This document shows positions 26,971 through 43,695 of a stretch of DNA of 64,000 nucleotides, one piece after another. Under the pieces are notes generated by a model. The model did no database searches. It was not told where the DNA came from and saw only the letters and a list, made by a program, of their open reading frames with translations. The stretch is from the human T2T-CHM13v2.0 reference genome, Homo sapiens. The translations under genes and the position numbers were made by a program. Within the stretch, counting starts at the first letter, position 1, and each line of letters begins with the position of its first letter. The stretch lies in assembly GCF_009914755.1 (NCBI RefSeq), contig NC_060936.1; one strand, written 5' to 3'.

Positions 26971-27986
26971 CAGCCCAGTGATTTCAGGCGAAGGTGCCCA
27001 GGTCTCAGGAAGAGGGTGGTAGGGCCCAGGCTCCCGTCCGGAGAGAAGCCGTTAAAATCCACCACCCTCCAGCTTCAATCTAGTGACTTTTAAATTTCTA
27101 TATTCAAATCAGGCCTCTCTCTCGGGGCATGTGTGTGGCGGAGAGTGTGAGGGCTGCCTTCCGAGTGATAAAAAAGAGATTTAATAACATTGTTCAAATG
27201 TGGGAAAATGACACTGCGCCGTCCTTGTGAGAAGACAGGACTGCCCGAGCCACCGCTCAGCTCTGCTCAGAACTCCTGGGCCTGAGATAACATTGATTTG
27301 GGCGCTTGCATCACACATGTGCCACATGACGGATTGCTGGACGTTGACAGCATGGCTCCGCTACTAAAAACATATGACTCCATATGGAACGCCGTGGTGT
27401 GGGGTGGAAATCCTGGACGGCTCCAGGCTGCAGATGGCCATGTATAATTCACGGGATTTGTAAGACTCTGCATCTGCTCCGTTGCTCATTCTTCAGTTGT
27501 CAGACAGACATAATCCCGAGCCTCTTATTTTATAACACAGATCTGCCAACGGGAGTGGGGAGGGGAGCCGGGGAGGCAGAGCCGCTGCCAGGAGAACTCA
27601 GAAATAATTTGGGGAGAACATTCGGCATGTCAGCGAGGACAGAAGCGCGCACCGCAGGAAGCCCAGGCAAAGTTGGAAACAGGGCTGCCGGTTCCCTGGT
27701 CCCTCCCTGGAGGCCGGTTCTTGAAGAGGCTTCTGGAAGGGGGTGTGCTTTGATCTTGTCTCTGCCTTCAGCTTCACCATAGCATTTAGGCTTAACCTGG
27801 ATCGGCCTCACGGGTGAGCCAGCAGGCCAAGTGTCAGGATATTGAGGCATTTTGTACATGAAGTCTGCCTCTCTTAGAGGCTGTGTCATTGTCAGATTGT
27901 CGCACTATGTGACCAGCAAAGGTTAGAATTTTTGCACCACTACCTTAGGAAGCTTTTCCTGACTCTTCTTCACTAAATTAGGGACC

Positions 27987-28485
27987 TGTGGCAGTCATTG
28001 CTGGTAACCCATAGCTTCTCTAGGCCCTCACTGGAGCCATCTGCACACAGTTTTGGTGCAAGCCCCGGGGTTCTTCCATCTGCTTGGCTGGGGGCTTTTA
28101 ATATTCTTTAGATGCCAGAGCTCGCTGGGTCCGTGCATGGGGACAGGCCAGAGTGCCAGGGAGTTGATGTCCCCAGGAGCAAATCTCAACCAACAAGACA
28201 CAAGAGGTGGTGGCTAAACATCCCAGCATCTCACCCCTCCTGGGGCAACATCGAGATGTGTTCTGCACAGTTTCCTAGAGGGTCCTTGGTTGGGGGGTGG
28301 CAGGGTTGTGCCCTAGTTGCCACAGCATAAAGTCTGTTTAGTAACACACGCTTCAACACATATTCTCTCCCCTGTCTAACTTCCCGAATTCCCCTACCGT
28401 CACTTCCTGGGATTACCTCCCCCAAATCTATATGCTCTCAAATTCTTGCTTTAAGGTTGGCTTCTGGGGGACCAAAATTAAGATA
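27987..28485 (+). mobile_element. LTR33-like ERVL solo LTR
   Basis: gggacaggccagagtgccagggagttgatgtccccaggagc; cttcctgggattacctccc; ggcttctgggggaccaaaattaagata. Confidence 0.75.
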
Positions 28486-28499
28486 GGGACACTCTTTCA

Positions 28500-28673
28500 T
28501 GCTTTCTCAGACCTGGAGATTTCTTCTGCCATAACATCGATCACATTTGGTTGCCATGACTTGTTTAACTTTCTACCTCCTTGTTGCTCTATGGGATCAG
28601 AGACTGTCTGTCTTATTCCCTTCTGTAGCCACAGTGCCTGTCACTTGGTAGGTGCATAATAAACATTTGTTGA
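28500..28673 (+). mobile_element. L2 3' end
   Basis: cacagtgcctgtcacttggtaggtgcataataaacatttgttga. Confidence 0.75.
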
Positions 28674-28675
28674 GG

Positions 28676-28865
28676 TCCTCCTGGCCTCCCCACTTACCAG
28701 CTATAGAATCTTTGGCAAGTCACTTAACATGTCTCAGCCCCATCCATTCCCTCATTTGTAACACATGGACAATAATATCTACCTCACTAGTTTGTGGAAT
28801 TGCAGTGAAGATTAAATAAAAGGATGATGGAGGAAAAGCTTAGTAAATTCTGAAATGCTCAACCA
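28676..28865 (+). mobile_element. MIR
   Basis: ggcaagtcacttaac...cctcatttgtaaac...gtgaagattaaat. Confidence 0.8.
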
Positions 28866-29024
28866 AAGTAAGGACCCTACTAAGTCAGAATTTCTAAAAC
28901 TGTCACTGCACTGGTTTACATGAATCAATTTCAGATGATACCCAGAAGCAATCTTATTGAACTAATTGCATGTTTATTTGAATTAAAATAGAGAAAAAAT
29001 ATAAGCAGCCACTCAAACTCAGAT

Positions 29025-29630
29025 GTATTAATTAGGGATGCATTTGGTTTCAAATAACAGAAAACTCAACAAGTAGTGGCTTAAACAAGTAAGGGTTAAA
29101 TGTTTTCAGTTAACAAGATTTTTGGACTTCAACAGTCCAGGGTTGGTGCAGCTATCCAAGGACATTGCCAAAGACCTCGTCTTCTAAGGCCAGGGGTAGT
29201 GGATCATGCCTGTAATTCTAGCACTTTTGGAGATTGAGGCAGGATTGCTTCAATCGAGGAGTTAAGAGACCAGCCTGGGTAACATAGCAAGACCCCATCT
29301 CTATTTAGGGGTGGAGAAAAAAGACCTAGTCTTCTAGCTTCCTTCTTTCATCCTTAGCATGAGGCTTTTATCCTTATAGCCTCAAAATGATGGCTCTACC
29401 TCCAGGCATTGCATCCTCATTCCAGGGAGGAAAAAGGGAAAGAGAGGAGGAAAAAGGATATACTATCTGAGTCTGTCCACCACCATCATTACCACTACCA
29501 CTATCGCAATTTTTAAATTAGGAAAACAAGGAGTTATCTGGGAACTCCACCCGACAGACTTCTGCCTACATTTCATTGACAAGAGCTATGTTCCCTGACT
29601 ACTCTTAACTACATGGGAGTCTGAGAAAGC
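29025..29630 (-). mobile_element. Old MLT1 LTR (with FLAM-like monomer on + at 29188-29304)
   Basis: aataacagaaaactcaacaagtagtggcttaaacaag; acctccaggcattgcatcctcattccagg. Confidence 0.7.
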
Positions 29631-29960
<330 letters not shown>

Positions 29961-30017
29961 TAGCGGGTCCTCATGGTTATTTTTTTACCTAAATGAAGTT
30001 CAGGCTGCAAATGTACC

Positions 30018-30859
<842 letters not shown>

Positions 30860-30984
30860 TCCCCCAGTATTTTCTTATGAAAAATCCCAAATATACAGAA
30901 AAGTAGAAAGAATTGTGGATACCCATGTACCCACCTTCTACATTTTGTTATAATGTTAATTTTGATACGTTTAAGAAGTGCTCT

Positions 30985-31382
<398 letters not shown>

Positions 31383-32419
31383 TCAGTCAGGTTTCTCATT
31401 GGCAGGCCATAGACACCCACCTAGCTGGACTGATTTAAGCAGATGAAGAATTAACGGAAGGACGTGGAGTCGCCGCAATATCATGTGGAAGAAGCAGCAG
31501 CTTCAGAAGGGGAAAAGGGCCTAAGGGGGACTATGCATCCCCAAGCACAGCCAAAATCACACCCCAAGCCAGCCTGGTGAAGGCTCCTGTGCTAACCACT
31601 GACCTAGGCGTTGCTGACTGTGTCCCCCACTGCTGGAGCTGGATGTGACTGCCATTGCTGATGCCCCCCAATAATATGTTTCCCTGTCCTGGTTTCTTCA
31701 AACCTCAGCTCCCATTTCAAAGTCTGAGGCCAGTACACCTGATTGCTGAGCCCATGTCATATAACCTATGACACAGGACACCCTGGCAGCCAGGGAGACT
31801 GGGAGAGCAAAGGCCAGGCTTCCAACTTCCTAAGAGAGATGAGGGTTCTGCCTTCCCATCCCCCATGACTGATACAGCCAAGAATTCCCAAAATGTAGAA
31901 AGGGACTTCAGATACCAAATGGCAAAAGAAGTGACAATACCTTCTATGTAAATTCTTATTTAACCCTCATAGTAATTCAGTGAAGTAGGCCTGATCATGA
32001 CGACCATGTTATAGCCAAGAAAACTGAAGCTAATAGCTGTTCTAGGTCACACAGTGTAACAGTTCTAACCAGGATTGCAACCCAGGCAGTCTGTCAAGAG
32101 TCCACACATTTTCCATGACATCTCCCAAAGCCGCCATACTGCTCAACTCCAGTGGGAGGGTCCACTTACATTGAATGCTGAAGCTGTGCAGCCCAGTAGC
32201 CCCAATTCATCTCCCAGCCCCAGGAGCCTGAAAGTTTTTGTCCATTGAGCTGACATTATGAGGTCAATACACCTTAAAATTCAAGCAGGAAGTGTGTCAT
32301 TTGAGGAGTGTGTTACAGACCCAAACAGTAGCCATATTCAAAGCCTTCCCTGGCCCAGCCTTGATGAATGGGGCCAGGAACCTACCAATAAACAAAATAA
32401 TTCAGTACATTATTTTCCT

Positions 32420-32810
32420 ATTATCTTTTCACTGTGTGAGAAATAATCCCAAAACTTAGTGGCTGAATACAGCAACCACTTTTATATTGCACAATTTTGT
32501 GGGTCAGCAAATCAGGCAGGGCTTAGCTGGGTGATTCTTCTGTTCTACATGGTGTTGATGGAGATCACTCAGGAGTATTCAGCTAGCCAGTGGCTTAGCC
32601 CAGAGGGTCCACTCCCATGTCTGGTACCTTGCTAGGGATGGCTGGAAGGCTGGGCTCTGCTAGGGTCCCCCAACTGAGGCTCCAACATGTGGCTTCTCTA
32701 GCATGGTGGCAATTACAATCCCATCCTGATTCAAATGATAAGCACGAAAGACCTCACTTCTCAATGGTGAACTGTCAAAAACTTTGCAGTCATGTTTTAA
32801 AACCCACATC
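32420..32810 (-). mobile_element. MLT1H-like LTR
   Basis: ccaaaacttagtggctgaatacagcaacc...gggcttagctgggtgattcttctg...gggatggctggaaggctgggctc. Confidence 0.75.
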
Positions 32811-33774
32811 CATCTAGAGAGATGTTATCTGCTACCTAGCCTGTCCTGTCCCTGTAAGCAGAGAGGAGAAAGAAGTTTCTTATCTCTGCATCAACAAAGA
32901 GAAAAAATGAAATCAGAAAACACATTACTCTGTGACCTGCTTTGATCCCAGGCAGTGAAGGCTTCTTTGGCCACACACTGCAGACAGGACAGATAGCAGA
33001 CAACAGATCATAGCACCAGATGATTGCTACAACTGGCTGTCTTCCTTCTGCACCATCACAGTCCCTGACATTTTGACTTTGAGTGACCCAGTCACCCTTC
33101 CTCCCATCCCTGCTTAGCCCAAACCTCCCACCCTCGGTCTCCAGGCTGAACAAACTATCTTACTTGGGGACAATGGAAGCTTTTGTCGTCTTTTCCTTCC
33201 TCGTGTGGGCCACTGTCTGTACGAGAATCCAGATTACCCTTGAGGGCCACGCTAGTGATTACCTCTGAGAATCTCTTCATACCAGCCTCTCCTGGAAGTG
33301 AATCAGGGCTGCACAAAGGGAAGAATGTTATCACGGTAAACCAGGACGAGCCTGGCTTGGCTCGGTTGCAGAAAACACACTTCACTCATGCAGAACACGC
33401 CAAATTGAAAAGATCGTGGGTTAATCAAATCCTTTTCTCCTCTGTTTTTATCAAACTCAAGAGGGGCTGGCCTATTAATTAGAAACGCTTTTTCATGTAA
33501 AACACGGGCACTTTGGAGATAAGGAGGGAAGACCCTTGATTCTACAGTCACAATGATGTTTCAGTTATTTCATTACAAGGCGCCACATTCATCGCTGGCC
33601 CTATGGACGCAGCGCAGACCTCCCATCACTCTCGTGGAAAAACTCCCTGAGATTCAGAAAGTTTCTCTGGCAGCAGACAAGGGCAAGAGAGTTTCTTTTA
33701 CTACAGACCAGATGCATTGAAGATCTCACATTTCTATCCAATGCTAACAGAAAAACTTAGCAGGCTTTTATTCT

Positions 33775-33965
33775 GTGTTGTCTGATTACAGCAGCCACCG
33801 GCCTTGTGTGGCTATTTAAATTTAAATTAATTAAAATGAAAAATTCAGTTTCTCAGTCCCACTAGCTGCATTTTAAGAGTCCAGTAGCAATGTCATAGCT
33901 TGTGGCTTCTATACCAGACAGCACAGATAAAGAATGTTTCCATCATTCCAGAAAATTCTTTGGAA
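33775..33965 (+). mobile_element. MER3/MER33-like (hAT-Charlie)
   Basis: gtggctatttaaatttaaattaattaaaat...aattcagtttctcagtcccactagc...gacagcacagat. Confidence 0.75.
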
Positions 33966-34169
33966 CTTCTCACACCAAGCTCACAACACCTCTTATTTGT
34001 CATTTGAGAAAACTGAGAACAGAAAATCAGAATGGCTTGATATGATGCATCTCTTCTACTGGAAAAAGAGGGGAAAACCCCTACTACATTTCTGCAGCAA
34101 CACTTCTTGGTGTGCTCTGCCTGGTGTCCACTTCTCTCCTTTTGGAAAAAGCACCTGATTTAGTCACCC

Positions 34170-34655
34170 TTCTCCTACTCTCTGTCCACATGGTTCAGGC
34201 AGGGCTAACCCTACTGCCCGGCCCAGGGGCACGCCCAAGACCTACTCCTGACCAATCAGCCACCTCCTTTCCCTTGGCCATGGTGACTGAGTCAGTGAAG
34301 TCTCAATAGGAGTGAGCCCTGGGACTTTTGCTGGGAGGAGTCAGGCCCTCTTCCTGTTGGGGTTGCCAAGGTGGTAGGATAAGTCAGGAACTGCTGGGGC
34401 CTTTGCACATTACCCTGGAGAGGGTTGGCCTGTGAATGCCTCCATCGCAGAAGAAAGTGGAGTGGAGCAGAGAGGGTGGCGGGTGGGGAGTGGGGAAGAA
34501 AGAGTCTTGGTGACACTGTAGGCCTCTTGGCTGTAGCTGTGTTTGATGACAGATCTACCCCCTGAACTTCCCAGTCACATGAGCTGATAAATATCTTCAT
34601 GCTTAGGCCAGTTTAAGTTGGGTTTCTGTCATGTACAGCCAGAAGAATTCTGATT
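34170..34655 (+). mobile_element. MLT1K/L-like LTR
   Basis: ccaatcagc...ggccatggtgactga; gaacttcccagtcacatgagctgataaat...gttgggtttctgtca. Confidence 0.72.
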
Positions 34656-35119
34656 ATGTTCCAAGAATGATGATCCATTTACACACACAAAAAAATTAAA
34701 AGGATGCTATTTTTTTCTCTTCCTACATATTTTCATTCTCAAGCCATTATTAAGATGCACTTCATGGGATAGGAGGTTATCAGTTCCATATGGGTCTCAC
34801 TGGCTGCCCATAATTCGACCACGGAATCGTCTAACGTAGAGGAGCCAGTCCCATAGGCTGAGGCTCCACCAACCAGCTTCTCTTTCTTGAGAATTTGGAT
34901 AAAGTTGAAACAAAGACTGAGTTGGCAGAGTCAAGTCAATGGGAGCATTAGACTGAGAGGCCATGAACTTCGACTGCTGAGAACACTGAAGTTGCTCTGC
35001 TCTCACCCTTCCTAAGGTCTGTGTCCTTTTAATAAACCACCTTGAATTTGAGCTAGTTCAAGTAGCGATCTATTCCTCACAACCAAATATGACTGGTTCA
35101 GAGAATGTCAAAAGCCTGA

Positions 35120-35940
35120 AAAGTGTTTTATTTAGATCAAACAATTCTACCTCTAGGAATTTATTTCCAAAAAATAATCAAAGTATAAGTTCAAAGATTT
35201 AGCTATGAGCATATTTAATATAGTGCTCTTTATCCTAGTAAGAAGTTGGGAGAAATTATACATAATACTAGAGGCTCTCTTAAATACATCCTGAGACACA
35301 AAGTCACTCAGTAAATGCTTGCTGAGTGAAGAATGAAATACACAATAATCATACAATTATATTGGAGAAATATATTTATTAACGGAATATAATTGTGATG
35401 TGTTAAATTAAAAAAGATTAAGAAATGGCATACTCTGTACAATCTCATTAAAAAAGAGATTCATCATACACTTGCATATGCATAGAAGAAGATTTGGAAG
35501 CTGGGCCAGGTGGCTCATGCCTGTAATCCCAGCACTTTGGGAGACTGGAGCAGGAGGATCACTTGAGCCCAGGAGTTCAACAGCAGCCTGGGCAGCATAG
35601 CAAGACCCCATCTCTGAAAAAAAACTAGCAGGGCATAATGGTACTCATCTGTAGTTGCTGCTATTCAGGAGGCTGAGGTGGGAGGATCACTTGAGCCCGA
35701 GAGGCTCAGTGAGCCATGATTGCACCACTGCATTCCAGTCTGGGTGACAGAGCAAGATTCTGTCTCAAAAAAAAATTTTTTTTTTGAAAGAATCATTAGC
35801 ACCAAAATGTTAATAGTAATAGCGCCTGAGGAGGCAGAACTATAGTTTGTGTGTGCGTGTTTCAAACATTTTCTTCTTTCTGCTTGTTTGGTTAGTTTTC
35901 ATGTTGATTTCTGGTAATGAACATTGCTCTTATGATAAGG
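35120..35940 (+). mobile_element. L1ME-like 3' end, split by Alu
   Basis: caattctacctctaggaatttatt; caccaaaatgttaatagta. Confidence 0.6.
35499..35773 (+). mobile_element. AluJ-type
   Basis: Dimer with small deletions. Confidence 0.92.
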
Positions 35941-36018
35941 GAGCACCAGCCTCCTCCTCCCTTGTATAAAATAGTCAAATGGTGTGTTTACATTAAAACA
36001 GTATTATACCTCCAAAGG

Positions 36019-36335
<317 letters not shown>

Positions 36336-36469
36336 TTAAGTTCTGGGACTACCATGCCAGACTTTTCAGTTAATCTTGATAATTACAGACTGGACAACAC
36401 TTTCAGAAAGAGGGTCTCCATTCACCTCCCTCCCATTCCCCACTCCTCCCGCCACCACATCATGTGATT

Positions 36470-36715
36470 CAGGAGGAAGACTGGTTAAGAGCAGAGATTT
36501 TGGAATTCAAATCCCTGCTTTGCCGCTTCCTAGGTTTGTAATTTGGGGCAAGTTGCAGGATCTGTTTAGGCCTCAGTGTCTCCACCTGGAAAATGGGGGT
36601 AATAAGTGTATATGCCACAGAGAGTTGCCAGAGGCTCCAACAAGCAGATACAGCTAAAAGGCCTAGCACCGCGTCTGGCAAGTAGCCAGGGCTCCCCAAA
36701 CATTATTATTGCCAC
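36470..36715 (+). mobile_element. MIR
   Basis: ggttaagagcagagattttgga...gcctcagtgtctccacctggaaaatggg. Confidence 0.82.
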
Positions 36716-36766
36716 TGATAGGGGGGCGTAGTGGGGTGATGGGAAACAAGAGAATTCCTGTAGGAC

Positions 36767-37465
36767 CCAGCATTTCTACTCCTGGGTACATCCCAAAAGA
36801 ATTTAAATCAGGGACTCAAGCAGATGTTGCCATTCTGATCATTTCTGAGTATACTATTCAGTGGCCTTAAGTACATTTGCTTACTTTGGTTAGTTTTCAT
36901 GTTGATTTCTGGTAATGAACATTGCTCTGGTAATGAACATTGTATAATCAGAAATGGTCAGAATGGCAATATCTGCTGGAGTCAGTGTTGTGAAACCATC
37001 ACCACTATCTCTTTCCAACACTTTTTCATCATACCCACTAAGCAATGCCAATATTGTTCATGGCAGCACTGCTGGCAGCAGGTCTTCATCCTCACAGTCT
37101 TCACGATGAAGGGGTTGGTCCTGCTGTCTCAGGAGTGGCAGAGGTGGAAGAAAAAAGTGGAAATGACCCAAGTGTCCAGCAACAGGTGAACGAATAAGCA
37201 AAATGTGGCCCCTCTGTACAGTGACATATTATTTAGCCATGAAAAAGAATAAAGTCCTGATTCTGCTAAAGTGTGGATGAACCATGAAAACATTGTGCTA
37301 AGGGGGAGACACAGAGACAAAAGCCATATATTGTATGATTTCATATACAAGTGTCCAAAAGAGATAAATCCATAGAAACAGAAAGTAGACAGTAGATTAG
37401 AGGTTACCAGAAGCTGGGAGGAAGGAGGGAGGGGAGGAATTATCGCTTAATGGGTAAGGCTTCCA
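36767..37465. mobile_element. Rearranged L1MB 3' end (mosaic of + and - pieces with templated inserts)
   Basis: + pieces 36767-36829 and 37156-37465; - pieces 36830-36877 and 36984-37037. Confidence 0.75.
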
Positions 37466-37762
37466 GTCCGCAGTTGATTAACACATATGTTCTATGTTAC
37501 ATGTATTATATACTATATTCTTACAATAAAGTAAGTTAGAGAAAAGAAAATGTTATTAAGAAAATTATAAGGATGAGAAAATATATTTACCGCGCATTAA
37601 ATGGAAGTGGATCATCATAAAGGTCTTCATCCTCATGGTCTTCATGTTGAGTGGGTGGAGGAATAAGAGGGGTTGGTCTTATCTCACGGGTGTCAGAGAT
37701 GGAAGAAAATCCATGTGTAAGTGGACCCAGGCAGTTCAAACCCATGTTTGAACAGTCAACTG
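37465..37762 (+). mobile_element. Tigger2a/MER28-like, right part
   Basis: tggaagtggatcatcataaaggtcttcatcctc...gtggacccaggcagttcaaaccc...gtcaactg-ta. Confidence 0.85.
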
Positions 37763-37924
37763 TACAAGGAAACTTTAAAACATGTTGTGATGTCCCCCAC
37801 ATCCCAATACTGTTTTGGAGAAAGGTACTTGCATTTGCATTATGGAAATTATTTGTATTATTTCAAACATTTGGAGCATCTGCTTGCCTGGTACCCTATG
37901 CATAATTGAATATTTTCTCAATGG

Positions 37925-38180
37925 TTGGAAGAGTGTTCTGGACAGAGGGAACAGCAAGTGCAAAGGCTCAGAGGCAGGGTGGGCTTGGCTTCTACTAGGA
38001 ATTTTCTGTCCTTGAGTGGTGGGGCCACAGGATGGGAGGCCAGATGTGAAGCTGGATAGGTAGGCAGGACCCAGTCATGAAGAGGCTTATGGGTCATTTG
38101 AAGAGTTTCAACTTGACCTTCAAGGCAATGGGAAGTCATTGAGAGGATTTAAACTGGGAGATGACATGCTACAGCATTTT
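37925..38180 (-). mobile_element. L2 fragment
   Basis: gacagagggaacagcaagtgcaaaggctcagaggcagg; aggcaatgggaagtcattg. Confidence 0.78.
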
Positions 38181-38989
38181 TAAAAAGGCCTTCTTTTAGA
38201 GTCAACAAAATGAGATATTATTAGCCACAGTGGCTAGGGAAATTGCTTTTTAAAAAAACCCCGCAGGCACGATTTTTAGCTTGACAGTATTTTGCAGACA
38301 TTCTGGAGTGGGTTTTTTTTTTTTTTAATTCATTATGCTGACACTAACTATCAAACCCCATTCCCTTGAGCTCAGCTGTGTTGTAGCTGAAAACTTGCTC
38401 AGTGTGTTTACTCCACACAGCACCCAATTTTCCAAATCTCTGCAAATTTGCCCTTAACTGTAAAATACCGGGTACAGAGCATCTTCCCACTCCACCCAAA
38501 TTATCCCCCTTGGCGTGTGCTAACAGTCTGATGCTATGATTGTTGTTATGATGGGAAAGACTGAAGCTGTGTCTTTGTAAGCCTTTCTGGAGGAACCTGT
38601 GGGAGTTTTCTGCTTTAACTTTGTTGATGTCACAGATGAGGGTCATTGGACAACTCATTCACCCTCTGTAGCAGTCAGGGAGACTGGATTATGCTGCAGC
38701 AACAAACATCTCCTAAGTCTCCATGGCTTACAACCATACAGGTTTATTTCTTGTTCAGGTTCCATGTCAATGGTGGGTAGCTTGAGGCTCTGTTCTGTCA
38801 TCTTCTTGTTGGGATCTAGTGGCGTGGCCTCTGTCTGCAACGGCAGAAGGAAATGGGAACATGATGAACCATGTGTTGGCTCTTAAAGCTTTTGCTGAGA
38901 AAAAAAAAGGAAGCCATCATTCACCTAACCTTTCACTCTGCCTGTGCTGACCACCTTTTAGGCATTCTTAATAGTATCCCAAATAATTA

Positions 38990-39593
<604 letters not shown>

Positions 39594-39649
39594 TATTTTT
39601 TCTCTTTTTCATCAATCCTCTCTATACCCATTGGTCCCATTATTTATAG

Positions 39650-39930
39650 CATCCATCACCTCCTTTCTAGTTCTTTACCTATGTCAAGCCCTATTACTTC
39701 TCACTTGGGCTATTGCAGTACCCTCTTGCCTGGTTTCCCAGCCTTCAGGCATTGCCTCATCTTGGGCACACTGCTATATTTCTCTCTGGGAAGCATGGGT
39801 TTGATAACACTCCTCTTCTGCTGAAGCAACTCCAGTAGCTTCCCATGGTCTACTAAAACAAATGGCAATTTGGCATCCAAGCCCTCCATGATCTGACCCC
39901 AGCCCATGGAACCCCAGTTTGTTCTTCCTG
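39650..39930 (+). mobile_element. L2 fragment
   Basis: tctcacttgggctattgcagtaccctcttgcctggtttccc; tggcatccaagccctccatgatctgacc. Confidence 0.7.
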
Positions 39931-40385
39931 TGTTGTTGTTAGATTGCACTAATTGTGTGAGATCACTCTTTACATTCTTGCCTTCATCCTTAGAGATTCT
40001 CATGCTTCCTCCCAAATTCACATTGAAACTCTGCATGATTGTTACTTGAGTATGAATGTTAGCTTTCCTTCTAGATTATGAATTCTAATGAGGAGTAATA
40101 TCATGATGGGGGGCAATGCATAAAAGTAATTTAACAGTGCTCCTTAAAAATAAGCTAAGAGGAGCAAAGAACACAACACTTTCTGCCAACAAACAAAGCC
40201 AATAGTACAAAGGACAGCAAAAAATAGAGAAATTTTAGCACAAACTTGCATTGTAAAGAAACTAACTTGCATACATCTATTTTTAAATTAAGGTATAACA
40301 TGATAAAGAGCACATATCCCTATGTGTTCAATTCAATGAATGTTGACAAACATTACATACGCCTATGTGACCAGCACTCACATCA

Positions 40386-40783
<398 letters not shown>

Positions 40784-40945
40784 TCATTTTGCGTGTTCTT
40801 TCCCTTCACACAAATGAATTCATACAATCTCTGGCTTCTTTCACTCAATATAATGTCTGTCTCACATAGTTTTGATTACAGCATAAAGCATAAAATAATT
40901 TGCACAAACTTAAAAGAAAAAGGCATTATTAAAATGATGATTTTC

Positions 40946-41241
40946 GGTCAGGCACGGTGGCTCATGCCTGTAATCCCAGCACTGTGGGAGGCTGAGGCAA
41001 GCGGATCACTTGTGCTCAGGAGTTCAAGACCAGCCTGGCCAACATGGCGAAACCTCGTCTCTACTAAAAATACAAAACTTAGCCGGGCATGGTGGCGGGT
41101 GCCTGTAATCTCAGCTACTCGAGAGACTGAGGCAACAGAATTGCTTGAACCTGGGAAGTGGAGGTTGCAGTGAGCCGAGATCATGCCATTGCACTCCAGG
41201 CTGGGCGGCAGAAGGAGACTCCATCTCAAACAAAAAAAAAA
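40946..41241 (+). mobile_element. AluS-type
   Basis: TSD gatgattttc. Confidence 0.95.
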
Positions 41242-42230
41242 GAGATGATTTTCATCAAGAAAGAACGTGGAGGATCTTATAAGCACTCCCCAGTAGCATG
41301 ATGGTACAATGATGAAAGGAACCAGAAATTTGGGTTTAATTTAATCCTAGGGCAAATAGCACATTAAAAGTTTTATTAAAGACATTAGGTGTATGAATTG
41401 GGTGGAGGGGTGAGAGGGAGCAAAAGAAGGAAGGGTTTGTAGTTTTGTGTAAATGTGCAGATCCGAGCATGGTCCAAAGTACTGGAGTGAGGCATTTCCT
41501 CCACCACAGCGCCCAACTTGCGTGGGCTTCGGTGGAGGAAGGAAATTCTGGCCCGTAACCAGGATGAGGGTTGAGCTCTGGGGCACAGCTGGGCAGACCC
41601 CTGACAAGGAGCCGGCCTCCTCTAGAAGCCAATGCCTGACCCTGGCATGCCTGAGCTGGCAGAGTTGTTCCAGGCCTATCACAAAGCTCCTTCTCACTGT
41701 TCTTTCTTAAATGCAATGACAGTATTTCAGAGCTGAAATTACCGAGGAGGCAGAAAGTTCAAGGATCAGGTTAGTTTTCCAGCTAATTTCATGTGATTGT
41801 GTCTACAGGGTAATTACTATCGGCCTCGGAGAAATTTGCTGTATTTCTTTACTGAAAAGCCTTGTTTCTGCATATGTGGAAGTGGAGGGGGAGACAGATG
41901 AGCTCACATCCAGCTGGGTGTGGCGTGTCACACTCAGAGCCTATCCCAGTGATATGCACACAGTAGGTGCTTACTAAGAGCTTGCAGAGTGGAAGAGAGA
42001 GAGAGACAAAGGGAGAGGAAGAAATAGAGAGACAGGAGGGAGGACGGAAGGCAGGTGGGAAGAGAGAGAAAGTGGAGGAACAGACATGAGGAAGGAGTGA
42101 GGCAGGGAGGGCTGGTTGGCTGGCAGAGAGACAAGGGCCCTCCTCACCCAGGTGAGTGGCTGCAGACCCAGGTGCCCAGTGGTAGGGACATGAGCTCCAG
42201 GCCAATGGCTGCTCCCACCTCCACCCCTCA

Positions 42231-42767
<537 letters not shown>

Positions 42768-42864
42768 TCAATGGGGCCTGCGACCCCTGGTCTAGAGGCC
42801 ACGTGTTTTTGTTCTCCACTGAATGACAAGGTGTCATTTCCAGGCTTCATAGAAATGTGCATCA

Positions 42865-43181
42865 GGCTGGGCGCGGTGGCTCATGCCTGTAATCCCAGCA
42901 CTTTGGGAGGCCGAGATGGGTGGATCGCCTGAGGTCAGGAGTTCGAGACCAACCTGGCCACTACACTGGTGGTGGCCCATCTGGCGAAACCCTGTCTCTA
43001 CTAAAAATACAAAAATTATCTGGAGGTGGTGGCCTGCACCTGTAATTCCAGCTACTCAGGAGGCTGAGGCAGGAGAGTCGCTTGAAGCCAGGAAGCAGAG
43101 GTTGCAGTGAACAGAGATCACACCACTGCACTCCAGCCTGGGCCACAGAGTGTGACTCTGTCTCAAAAAAAAGAGAAAAAG
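42865..43181 (+). mobile_element. AluS-type with a ~20-bp insertion
   Basis: TSD agaaatgtgca(t/c)cag. Confidence 0.95.
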
Positions 43182-43695
43182 AAATGTGCACCAGATTCCT
43201 GACCACACACCCGGCATCTTGGGACACACAGAGTGGTAGAGGCAAATCTGCAGATTCTACAGCAGAAATTTTTCATCCTCCGTTTATTCTTTCTATGATC
43301 ATCACCAAATATTGAGGAGCTTTGCTATTCTTGGAAATATTTCCACTAAACAGAAAACACTCAGTTCATTGGCTTTCCAATTCAGGCATCCTTTGATTTG
43401 GATTCACTTCTTGGTTGACTAGAATATATCTTCAAGTAGCTTTTTCAAAAGATCATACAAGTATTACATTCTCTGAGCCCTTGACTATCAGAGAATGTTC
43501 CTTAGTTGCTTTCACACATGAGTAATAACTTGATCGAGTATAAAATTACTATGAACATAATTTTGCTCTGTAACTCTGAGGCTACTGCTCCATATTGGGG
43601 TTGCATATGTGAAATTCAATTCTTACCTTTCTCAGGCAACCTGTGTTTTCAACTTGGACCCTTAGAGGTTTTTCCTTGAAATATTTTTAAGGGCA

